Virus record (IMG/VR): IMGVR_UViG_3300028591_000072
Span: 64,001-128,000 of that record
Length of the DNA stretch: 64,000 nt
Strand: one strand, 5' to 3'
From: a virus
Lineage: Duplodnaviria > Caudoviricetes
Position numbers and translations under genes: made by a program. Below are positions 1 to 7,961 of the stretch, piece by piece; position 1 is the stretch's first letter, and every line of letters starts with the position of its first letter. The notes under the pieces were generated by a model. The model had not been told where the DNA came from, did not search any database, and saw only the letters and a list, made by a program, of their open reading frames with translations.

Positions 1-165
1 ATAATAACAGAAAATGAAATTGGAGAAGAAAATATAAAAAATTTTAATCCGGAAAATTTTATTAAATATACTAAAGAAATTCGAGAAAAAAGAAGAAAAG
101 AATTAAGGAAGATTAGAAAAAACAAAAAAAGTGAAAAAAATAATAATAACAGAAAATCAATTTAA
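1..165 (+). CDS. 3' end of a gene truncated by the window edge (hypothetical)
   Basis: Frame 1 is open from base 1 (IITENEIGEENIK...) to TAA at 163-165. Confidence 0.5.
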   Translation: MITENEIGEENIKNFNPENFIKYTKEIREKRRKELRKIRKNKKSEKNNNNRKSI

Positions 166-883
166 TATTTTAAAAGAAATATCTTTTAAAGAAATTTCGG
201 AAAGGTGTTCAGATATTAATACATCACCTTCAGATGCACAAATTAATGCTTCTAATTACAAGATGGGGCATTTTTACGTTAAAGGAATGCCAATATCAAT
301 AGAAAACCCAATCGGCTCAAGGAGAAAATATAAAGACGAAAACGGAAACGATGGGTTTGTTATAATGAAGAATCATTACGGATATTTTACAAATACGACC
401 GGAAACGGGAAAGACGGAGATGCTGTTGACGTTTTTATAGGGCCGTACCCTGATGATTTTGAAATGGTATATGTTATTGACCAGAACAACAAAGACGGAG
501 AATTTGATGAGAGTAAGGTAATGATTGGATTCAAGTCAAGACAAGAGGCAAAAGAAGCCTATTTATCAAATTACAGTAAAAATTGGAGAGGATTTAGGGC
601 AATAACGGGAGTGTCCTTAAAACTTTTCAAAAAATGGCTTTACAGAGGAAACAAACAAAGAAAACCATTTGCTGAATATGTTGAAATACAAAAGAAAAAA
701 TTGGAAGAAGGAAAGCAAAAAATTGATGATTTTGATGAAAGGCTGAAAAAGGCTTATTTTATGGTTATTGACAGAAATATAACGATACAATCTGCTGCAC
801 TAGCCAATTGTACAAGCGACCCAAACGATTGCCTTAGATTAATACAAGAATTAAAAAAAATGTTTAAAAGCCAATTTACATAA
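131..883 (+). CDS. Inorganic pyrophosphatase-like domain protein with shared N-terminal leader; putative internal head protein
   Basis: ISIENPIGS, HYGY, DGDAVDVFIG and FDESKVMIGF motifs of the phage/polyvalent-protein PPase domain; leader MKKIIITENQFNILKE. Confidence 0.75.
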   Translation: MKKIIITENQFNILKEISFKEISERCSDINTSPSDAQINASNYKMGHFYVKGMPISIENPIGSRRKYKDENGNDGFVIMKNHYGYFTNTTGNGKDGDAVDVFIGPYPDDFEMVYVIDQNNKDGEFDESKVMIGFKSRQEAKEAYLSNYSKNWRGFRAITGVSLKLFKKWLYRGNKQRKPFAEYVEIQKKKLEEGKQKIDDFDERLKKAYFMVIDRNITIQSAALANCTSDPNDCLRLIQELKKMFKSQFT

Positions 884-887
884 AACA

Positions 888-919
888 ATGGGGTAGCGAA
901 TAATCGTTACCCCATTTTT
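888..919. terminator. Intrinsic terminator between convergent genes
   Basis: atggggtagcga-ataa-tcgttaccccat hairpin followed by a T-run. Confidence 0.75.
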
Positions 920-922
920 ATA

Positions 923-1568
923 GGTAATTATATAATTGTTGGCACAAGATTATAAATCTTCTCCATTAGCTTTGTTTATTTCATTATCATAATATATTGT
1001 GAGATAATATTTACCATAATATTCCGCTATTCTAAACCAAACAGTGTTATCCTCTATCATACCATCAGATACTATCTGATAAAAATACGCATCATAAAGC
1101 TTATTATGACAAGTCATTTCATATGAAATATCTTCGTTTAGTGATATTTTTTCACCTCCAATAAGAACATACTTTTTATTATTATAAAATTGGCTAAACC
1201 ATGTGTTAAATTCTAGAATAATACTTGATTCATCATGTGTCTTTGTTTCGGCTAAATAAATTCTATACACTTTTTTATGATTTGTACATACGAATAAGTG
1301 AACAGAAGCACCATTAAATGTACCCTTTAAAATTGGTAATTGTTTACCTTCCATTTCAAATTTTTCAGTCATTTCTTGGAATCCCTTATTCTTTAATTTC
1401 TGTATCATTTCAGATGCAGTCCCGTCAACAGGAATACCCATAAAGTTCACTTGTGCATCAACTGTTAATGATGCTACAGCTAAAAACAGTATAAATAAAA
1501 TTTTCTTCATAATTTATTATAATTTAAATAGTTATTATTCATTTTGTACCATCATGTACATAGTTCCA
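923..1568. mobile_element. Non-autonomous IS1595-derived cassette carrying one passenger gene
   Basis: Left IR ggtaattatataattgttggcacaa (923-947); right IR tttgtaccatcatgtacatagttcc (1543-1567); 8-bp direct repeat TTTTTATA at 915-922 and 1569-1576; IRs match the ends of the transposase-bearing element at 35340-37499. Confidence 0.8.
950..1510 (-). CDS. Secreted protein with signal peptide, Bacteroidota/Prevotella-like (cassette passenger)
   Basis: Signal peptide MKKILFILFLAVASLTVDAQ followed by FMGIPVDGT..KLKNKGF, a pattern I associate with Prevotella hypothetical proteins. Confidence 0.7.
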   Translation of the reverse strand: MKKILFILFLAVASLTVDAQVNFMGIPVDGTASEMIQKLKNKGFQEMTEKFEMEGKQLPILKGTFNGASVHLFVCTNHKKVYRIYLAETKTHDESSIILEFNTWFSQFYNNKKYVLIGGEKISLNEDISYEMTCHNKLYDAYFYQIVSDGMIEDNTVWFRIAEYYGKYYLTIYYDNEINKANGEDL

Positions 1569-1586
1569 TTTTTATATATAAATCAA

Positions 1587-2447
1587 TCAATAATTAAGAA
1601 CCAAAACCTCATCGGTTGTAGTTTTGTCCCTATCAAGTGCATGATATGAACAATTTGAATAAGTTTTGTCAAGATGCAAAACATTATATTTTTGTGCCCA
1701 ATCAATAAGTATTTTATTTTCCTTTCCTTTGTTGTAAAAAACGTTTGAAAGCGCAAACTTTATTCCTTTTTCGTTTATTTTATCCAAAAGTTCATACAGT
1801 TTGTTTTCCATCGTTTCGTTCCAACCGTCTTGTTCGTTATACGTTGCGCAGGTGATTAAATATGGAGGGTCACAATAAACAAAATCGTTTTCATTTAGTT
1901 TTTCATCTTTAAGTTCAATAAAATTTTTATTTGTAAAAATAATATTTTTATCAATAATTGATTTATGGAAATTTATTAGGTTTTTTTCTAACGATTTGTT
2001 AAAGTAACTTCTATCTTTTCCAAATGGCATGTTGAATTTTCCGTAACGATTAAAGCGTATTTGGTGGTTGAAACTATAGCATATTAATACAAACAAATCC
2101 AATGGATTCTTGTTATCACATTCGTTATAATATTCCCTAAATTCATTATATCCGTCAGAATTGGTAATTGACAATGAGTATTTTTCTATAACTCCATTGA
2201 TATATGACAATATTTCTTCAATGGAATACTTTTTGAATTCATTATAAATGTCTATGACGTTTTTATTTATGTCATTAGCTATTATTCTGTTTCCAAACAC
2301 ATTTATTGCTATATCACACCCGCCACAAAACAAATCAATGAAATCACCTTCAACACTTTCAGGAAATACCGGTAGTAATTGTTTTATAAGTTTATACTTA
2401 CCACCGGTATAATTCATTGGTGATTTTATAATGTTATTATTTTCCAT
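1587..2447 (-). CDS. dam: D12-class N6-adenine DNA methyltransferase (Dam family)
   Basis: NYTGGK, DLFCGG, DFVYCDPPY and FALSN motifs. Confidence 0.9.
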   Translation of the reverse strand: MENNNIIKSPMNYTGGKYKLIKQLLPVFPESVEGDFIDLFCGGCDIAINVFGNRIIANDINKNVIDIYNEFKKYSIEEILSYINGVIEKYSLSITNSDGYNEFREYYNECDNKNPLDLFVLICYSFNHQIRFNRYGKFNMPFGKDRSYFNKSLEKNLINFHKSIIDKNIIFTNKNFIELKDEKLNENDFVYCDPPYLITCATYNEQDGWNETMENKLYELLDKINEKGIKFALSNVFYNKGKENKILIDWAQKYNVLHLDKTYSNCSYHALDRDKTTTDEVLVLNY

Positions 2448-2448
2448 A

Positions 2449-3567
2449 TTAAGCTACAGTCACACAATTTTCAGGGCAAGTTATTTTAAATACATATCCT
2501 TTTTCATAATCATTTTCAAGAAGCTTATCTGTGAGTTTATCTTCGATATTCTCTTGGATTGACCTTATAATAGGTCTGGCGCCGAAATCCTTTTCTTCTT
2601 GGATTTCGTTAAGAATATATTTGACAACATCGTCATCGTATTCCATTGAATAACCCATATTTTCAAGTCTGCTTTCAAGTTTGTTGATTTCAATCCTGAT
2701 AATAGAATTCAAATCGTCATCATTCAATGTGTTGAAATAAATCACATCATTGATACGGTTAAGAAATTCAGGTGGAAATCTATTTTTCAATTGCTTCAGC
2801 AATATTCTCTTTGTATTTTCTTCTTCATTATTAGAAAATCCAATACCGTGGCCAAACTCGCTTGCAGCCTTAGCTCCAACATTTGAAGTAAATACAACAA
2901 TTACATTCTTAAAATCAACACGTTGGCCAGAGTTGTCTGTTAAGAATCCCTCGTCAAGCACTTGCAAGAAAATATTATACACCTCAGGGTCAGCTTTTTC
3001 AATTTCATCAAGCAAAAGAACACAGTGTTTCTTATTTTTGATTGTTTCAGTCAATTGGCCACCCTCTTCATATCCAACATAACCAGGATTTGAGCCAATG
3101 AGCTTATTGACTGAAACCTTATCTGAATATTCAGACATATCAAATCTCACAAGGGCCTTTTCATCACCAAACAACTCCTTAGCAAGTTTCTTTGCTAATA
3201 AAGTATTATGGCTTAATATTCCGTTTGTATAATATCTATGGTTTGAATTTTCACAAAGTTCTAAATCAAACATGTTTTCATACTCATTTGTACAAACAAC
3301 ATCCACAATTTTTTCTTCTCCGTTTTCAGTAATAATTGAATCACCAATATTAAGTTCTTTAGCAAAGACCTCATCCATGCTTGCGCTAAATAAAATATGG
3401 TCATCGGCGCATTCAATTAAATGATTTGTTGTTTTAATTATATATTTCAAATATGGAATTGTTTCATTAACAGTTTTTATATCAACAAATCCATTGTCCG
3501 TTAAAACCTCAAAACCACTAACATTAATCGTGTTTGTAAACTTTCTTTCAATATTATCAGATTTCAT
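2449..3567 (-). CDS. clpB: C-intein (121 aa) fused to the C-terminal half of a ClpB/ClpC-like ATPase
   Basis: YYTNGILSHN|TLLAKKLA junction; then RFDMSEY, GSNPGYVGYEEGG, LLDEIEKA and FGARPI of AAA+ domain 2. Confidence 0.9.
   Translation of the reverse strand: MKSDNIERKFTNTINVSGFEVLTDNGFVDIKTVNETIPYLKYIIKTTNHLIECADDHILFSASMDEVFAKELNIGDSIITENGEEKIVDVVCTNEYENMFDLELCENSNHRYYTNGILSHNTLLAKKLAKELFGDEKALVRFDMSEYSDKVSVNKLIGSNPGYVGYEEGGQLTETIKNKKHCVLLLDEIEKADPEVYNIFLQVLDEGFLTDNSGQRVDFKNVIVVFTSNVGAKAASEFGHGIGFSNNEEENTKRILLKQLKNRFPPEFLNRINDVIYFNTLNDDDLNSIIRIEINKLESRLENMGYSMEYDDDVVKYILNEIQEEKDFGARPIIRSIQENIEDKLTDKLLENDYEKGYVFKITCPENCVTVA
3205..3567 (-). other. Split intein, C-fragment (IntC, 121 aa)
   Basis: Block B-like ECADDH, block F MFDLEL, terminal SHN followed by Thr+1. 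Confidence 0.9.
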
Positions 3568-4708
3568 TGTTAAATAAAAATTTAATTAAGTTTTTTATTG
3601 TATTTTCTTTATTATTCCTATAATCATTTTCCCATATTTGCAACACTTCAAACCCATTTTCTTCTGCGACTTTTTTCTTTTTCTCATCAAACTCCCATAA
3701 TTCTTTACAAGTTTTATCTTTTTTAAATGGGTTTGGCATTTCATTTTCATTGAAAATCATAGGATTACCATGATATATATCTCCTTGAAACTCTATTATT
3801 TTTCTACGATTTAAATCTGTAAAATCATATATATAATTCACATTATTGTATCGTATACTATATTCATGATTTTTTTTACCATAAAACACATAATCACTAT
3901 CTTCTTTTTTATAATATTTTAAAATTTCATCAAATAAAGATTGTGATACTTCCGAATAACCAACATGTAAATTTCCTGATTTATGTAAAGTTTCTTGCCA
4001 TTTAAGTTGTCTTTCTTCCCATTTTTTTAAACCATCTTCTATTCCATATTTTTTAATACACTTTTCTTTTGAAAAAAATATTTGTTTTTTTGAGACAATT
4101 TCTTTAGCTTCTTCAATTGTACAACCACTAACATCAATCCAATACTCAGGGCATCTCCAACTTCTTTTTCTTACTTTTTCTTTATTTTCATTTGAATATT
4201 TTGAATATTCAGATTGAATTTTTTTTATGTTATCAATTGCTTCTTCTTTGGTATATCCACGACTAGTCCAATATTCCTCACAAAACCTACTTTTTTTCCT
4301 AAAAAAAGCATCTGCAAATTCTTTACCAACTTTTTTTTCAATAATTTCTTTACTGCATACTCCCCTATTTTTAACAAGCAAACTATTTTTTTGCTGTATT
4401 TCTGATATTTTTAATAATGATTCTTCTTCAGTAAAACCTTTATTAACCCAATATTCAACACATAATTTAGAACTCTTTTTCTTATTTTTTTTGAAATTAT
4501 CAACAAATTCCTTTCCGAAAATTGATTCCATTCTTACTTTATATGACATATTTTCGTGTGCTAAACAATTTTCGTTTGTACAAGTGGTTAATCTATATCT
4601 ATTATTACATTTTAACATTTGTTTATACCCTATTTCACATCCACAAATAGTACATTTTGGAGGATTACCTTCAGAAACAACTTTATTATTAATTAAAAAC
4701 TTATTCAT
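3557..4708 (-). CDS. Free-standing Vsr/DUF559-like (PD-(D/E)xK) homing endonuclease between the split-intein halves
   Basis: Repeats of CxEYW..G.T.EE(A/S); C-terminal YDF..IIEFQGDIYHGNP..DEKK..GFEVLQIWE. Confidence 0.8.
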   Translation of the reverse strand: MNKFLINNKVVSEGNPPKCTICGCEIGYKQMLKCNNRYRLTTCTNENCLAHENMSYKVRMESIFGKEFVDNFKKNKKKSSKLCVEYWVNKGFTEEESLLKISEIQQKNSLLVKNRGVCSKEIIEKKVGKEFADAFFRKKSRFCEEYWTSRGYTKEEAIDNIKKIQSEYSKYSNENKEKVRKRSWRCPEYWIDVSGCTIEEAKEIVSKKQIFFSKEKCIKKYGIEDGLKKWEERQLKWQETLHKSGNLHVGYSEVSQSLFDEILKYYKKEDSDYVFYGKKNHEYSIRYNNVNYIYDFTDLNRRKIIEFQGDIYHGNPMIFNENEMPNPFKKDKTCKELWEFDEKKKKVAEENGFEVLQIWENDYRNNKENTIKNLIKFLFNNEI

Positions 4709-4724
4709 AAATCTACATTTTATA

Positions 4725-4733
4725 ATAAATAGT
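4725..4733 (-). promoter_or_regulatory. Late-promoter motif ACTATTTAT in the gap between the ClpB N-half and the endonuclease
   Basis: Exact copy of the motif found upstream of the structural genes. Confidence 0.7.
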
Positions 4734-4752
4734 TGCTTATTGGAAAAACGGG

Positions 4753-6681
4753 TTATTTTATCATTTTTATGAAATCATTTATAGTAACTTTCTGTATTTC
4801 ACCAGTTTTTTTATTTCTAATAGTTATAAAAGTATCACCCGTAACGCATTTCCCAGTACCTGTCTTACCAATAGCCATATAGCTGTACATACATCCGTTA
4901 TTACTAAGTCCAACACGATTACGCTTTAATGCCTTGCAAACAGTGTCAACTGCTTCGTCTTGCCCAATAACAGTTTCTTTAAGCCTATCATTAATTCCTG
5001 AAAGTTTTTTCTTATCATCTGAATTAAGATTACTTACCGGAATACCAGTTTTAACAGAAATAAGATTGAGAATGTCATCAATTGTTACAGGAATATGATT
5101 TTCTTCCCTATCTTTTTCATAAGCATCCTTTTCGTCATTGTATTCTTTTTTCATCGCAATGATTTCTTTTGAAATGCCATCGGCACTTTCATAATCCTTT
5201 TCATTCTTGGCCTCTTCTAATTTATCTTCAAATAAAGAAATCTTTGATTTTAGTTCTTTCAGTTTTACGGGCTCGTTTGAAGTCCCATTTAAAGAGCCAA
5301 TTTCGTCAAGAATATCAATTGCTGAGTCCGGAAGATTACGTTCAGAAATATACTTGTCAGCAAGTTTCACACAAGCATCAACTACACCATCTTCGTATTT
5401 AACTTTATGGAAATCCTCATAAGACGTTTTAATTCCATTCAAAATCATAATTGATTCATTAATACTTGGAGATTCAACGATGATTTTTTGAAAACGTCTT
5501 GCAAGGCTTGGGTCTTTATCGAATGTTTTTCTATATGAAGAAAAATCTGAAGTGCCAATTACTTGTATTTCGCCTGTTTCAAGACCACGAGCAAGCATTG
5601 ATGAAATTTCAAAATCATTCTTTCCCTTATCGGCTAAAATTGCACCAATATTATCCATGAAAAGAATATAATTCTTATATTTTTTTACCTCATCCATGAC
5701 ACCCTTTACACGTTCTTCAAACATACCTCTAAGAGTGGTACCAGCCATCATTGCAGTCATATCAAGCGAAACAACACGCTTATTTATTAAGAAATCAGGA
5801 ACATCACCGTTTACAATTTTATAGGCAATGTGTTCACAAATTGCAGTTTTTCCAACACCTTCTCCGCCAACAAGTATTGTGTTGTTTTTATTTTTTCTTC
5901 CAAGTATTCTTATGATTTGTGAAATTTCTTTTTCACGCCCAATAATTGGTTCCATTTTTCCGCTCTCAGCAAGAGTATTCAAATCAACGCAATATTCATC
6001 AATATAAGGTGTTTTTGAATTGCTGTTTTTCTTTTTTTGCTTTTGTATCATCATTTCAGGAAGTTCTTCAATACTTTCTTTTAACTTTTTCATTGCTTCT
6101 TCAGGTGTTTTTGCTTGAATTATTTTAATATTTCCTTGACCAATATCGGTAAGCCCATCAACCGACATAACACCGTCACCGTCAAAAGAAACCAAATTAT
6201 CTTCCAACTTATTTTTAAAAACACCGTATGTCAATCCTGCTTTGTTAAAAACTTTTCGTATTTTATTGTTTTCATCGTCATCGTTTAAAATTGCCAAAAA
6301 AACGTGTTCAGAAGTCACTTCATTATTTTCAAGTTCTTTTGAAATTTTTTCTGCACTTTTTATAATCTCAACGAACTTACTATCCAATGTTGCTTTTCTG
6401 TTAGTCTTAACAGCGCTCAATGCTTTGGATGACACAACCTGATAAAAAGAGTTATAGATGGCATTCATTGTCGAAGTCATCATACACATTTCAAGTCTTT
6501 TAAATAAGTTGTTATTCTTTTGTACCAATGAACCAAGCAAAAAATAATTCAAATCAACAGTCAACGTTGGCAATTCCTTTGACAAATCATTAACTATAAA
6601 ATTTAAAAGTTCATTAAGTTCATTTGACATTTCAATACCGTCAAATGAATTTTCAATGTAAGTATTTTCAATCTCTGACAT
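4753..6681 (-). CDS. clpB: N-terminal part of a ClpB/ClpC-like ATPase ending in a 31-aa N-intein
   Basis: Clp-N (VTSEHVFLAIL), GEGVGKT Walker A1, AGTTLRGMFEER, RNLPDSAIDILDE, then Walker A2 GKTGTGK|CVTGDT... Confidence 0.9.
   Translation of the reverse strand: MSEIENTYIENSFDGIEMSNELNELLNFIVNDLSKELPTLTVDLNYFLLGSLVQKNNNLFKRLEMCMMTSTMNAIYNSFYQVVSSKALSAVKTNRKATLDSKFVEIIKSAEKISKELENNEVTSEHVFLAILNDDDENNKIRKVFNKAGLTYGVFKNKLEDNLVSFDGDGVMSVDGLTDIGQGNIKIIQAKTPEEAMKKLKESIEELPEMMIQKQKKKNSNSKTPYIDEYCVDLNTLAESGKMEPIIGREKEISQIIRILGRKNKNNTILVGGEGVGKTAICEHIAYKIVNGDVPDFLINKRVVSLDMTAMMAGTTLRGMFEERVKGVMDEVKKYKNYILFMDNIGAILADKGKNDFEISSMLARGLETGEIQVIGTSDFSSYRKTFDKDPSLARRFQKIIVESPSINESIMILNGIKTSYEDFHKVKYEDGVVDACVKLADKYISERNLPDSAIDILDEIGSLNGTSNEPVKLKELKSKISLFEDKLEEAKNEKDYESADGISKEIIAMKKEYNDEKDAYEKDREENHIPVTIDDILNLISVKTGIPVSNLNSDDKKKLSGINDRLKETVIGQDEAVDTVCKALKRNRVGLSNNGCMYSYMAIGKTGTGKCVTGDTFITIRNKKTGEIQKVTINDFIKMIK
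4756..4848 (-). other. Split intein, short N-fragment (IntN, 31 aa)
   Basis: CVTGDTFITIRNKKTGEIQKVTINDFIKMIK* is intein block A, directly after the Walker A Lys. Confidence 0.85.
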
Positions 6682-6791
6682 AATTCAAAATTTCTTGTTG
6701 TTTGTGGATAAACATACAGAAATATTTTAAAAAAAACAAATATTTTGATTTTTGCGCTAAAATTGGTATATTATATAAAAATGTTTATTAT

Positions 6792-7517
6792 ATGATATTA
6801 AAGAAAATTTATGACGCAGAAGCAAAAACACAGAAGATTTGGTACGATTCATCCATGATATATTACACTGAAATGGTCGAGAATGAAACTGAAAATTGTG
6901 GTAATTTGTTTGTTGTTTTCAAGAACGGGCAAAAATATGTGTACAAGGATGTAAGATTTGAAGATTATGTTGTCTTTATAAATGGAGGAACTGATGTTTC
7001 TCAAGGAAAGACATTAAACAAGGTCATAAAAAACAAATATGACTATGAAAAAATCGGCGAAGCTGATATGGATGCTTTAAGGCTTGAATTTGAAAAAGAA
7101 AAAGAGGATGATTTTGATATCTTACACACATATTTTATATCTGGACATAGAAATATAACAGAGGAAGAGTTTGAAATAAACTACAAGCCATCAATAGAAT
7201 TTGCACTTTATGAAGACCAAAAAGCAAAATTTGTCGTTGGTGATTACTATGGTGTTGATATTATGGCACAAAATTATCTCGTTGATGTTCTTGGTGTTGA
7301 CCCAAATAGAATTACGGTTTATCATATGTTTGATTCACCAAGGAACAAAAACGAAAAGATAACGAAAACAAAAGGCGGTTTTACTTCAGATGAAGAAAGG
7401 GATGCCGCAATGACAAACGCTTCATCAAAGGATATTGCATTTGTTAGAGACAATACAAAAATATCAGGAACAGGCTCAAATATTTTAAGAAGATATTTAT
7501 TAAAAACTTTTAGTTAA
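6792..7517 (+). CDS. KTSC domain fused to a SLOG/YspA-like domain
   Basis: DSSMI..LFVVFKNGQKYVYKDV (KTSC); FISGHRN..GDYYGVDIMA..ERDAAM..IAFV (SLOG-like); start moved to ATG 6792. Confidence 0.6.
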   Translation: MILKKIYDAEAKTQKIWYDSSMIYYTEMVENETENCGNLFVVFKNGQKYVYKDVRFEDYVVFINGGTDVSQGKTLNKVIKNKYDYEKIGEADMDALRLEFEKEKEDDFDILHTYFISGHRNITEEEFEINYKPSIEFALYEDQKAKFVVGDYYGVDIMAQNYLVDVLGVDPNRITVYHMFDSPRNKNEKITKTKGGFTSDEERDAAMTNASSKDIAFVRDNTKISGTGSNILRRYLLKTFS

Positions 7518-7522
7518 TTTAT

Positions 7523-7531
7523 ACTATTTAT
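7523..7531 (+). promoter_or_regulatory. Late-promoter motif ACTATTTAT (representative of 18 exact intergenic copies)
   Basis: Also at 7923, 9650, 13714, 19136, 23053, 32349, 35800, 37870, 41641, 45956, 47819, 59342 (+) and 4725, 29327, 45283, 45906, 54130 (-). Confidence 0.8.
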
Positions 7532-7577
7532 GAATGAATAAAAGTAGAAAATAATAAACCAATAAAAAATATTTGAT

Positions 7578-7856
7578 ATGGAAACTTACAAAATAAATCA
7601 CGAATTAAACCAATATGATTACGCTGAAGGAATAGAATTCAATGGATTAATGCCTAAATTAATGGAAGCAGACGGAGTTGACACAACAGGAACAAGCGAC
7701 ACAAATGTTAAATTCTTCGGATTTAACGCAAAAGGAAGCGATTCATTAGAAGTTGTTGACATTGATGCATTGAATGAAAAGGAAAGCGGAAGTGAAAGCA
7801 ATGGCGGAAACGAAGACAATGGCGATGAAAATGGCGATGAAAATGGCGGTAAATAA
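7578..7856 (+). CDS. Short paralogue of the N-terminal domain of the next gene
   Basis: NHELNQY..EGIEF.GLMPK.M.A.G...GSDSLEVVDID shared with 7962..9575; 12-bp aatggcgatgaa repeats at the 3' end. Confidence 0.8.
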   Translation: METYKINHELNQYDYAEGIEFNGLMPKLMEADGVDTTGTSDTNVKFFGFNAKGSDSLEVVDIDALNEKESGSESNGGNEDNGDENGDENGGK

Positions 7857-7859
7857 TAT

Positions 7860-7885
7860 GGTAACTATATACATGATGGCACAAA
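7860..7885 (+). repeat. Solo IS1595-type terminal inverted repeat overlapping a terminator
   Basis: ggtaactatatacatgatggcacaaa, running into aaagcacac-ttgaaaag-gtgtgcttttttt. Confidence 0.75.
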
Positions 7886-7961
7886 GCACACTTGAAAAGG
7901 TGTGCTTTTTTTGCTTCCGTTAACTATTTATAAAAAAAATAAAATACTAAAAATCACGAAA

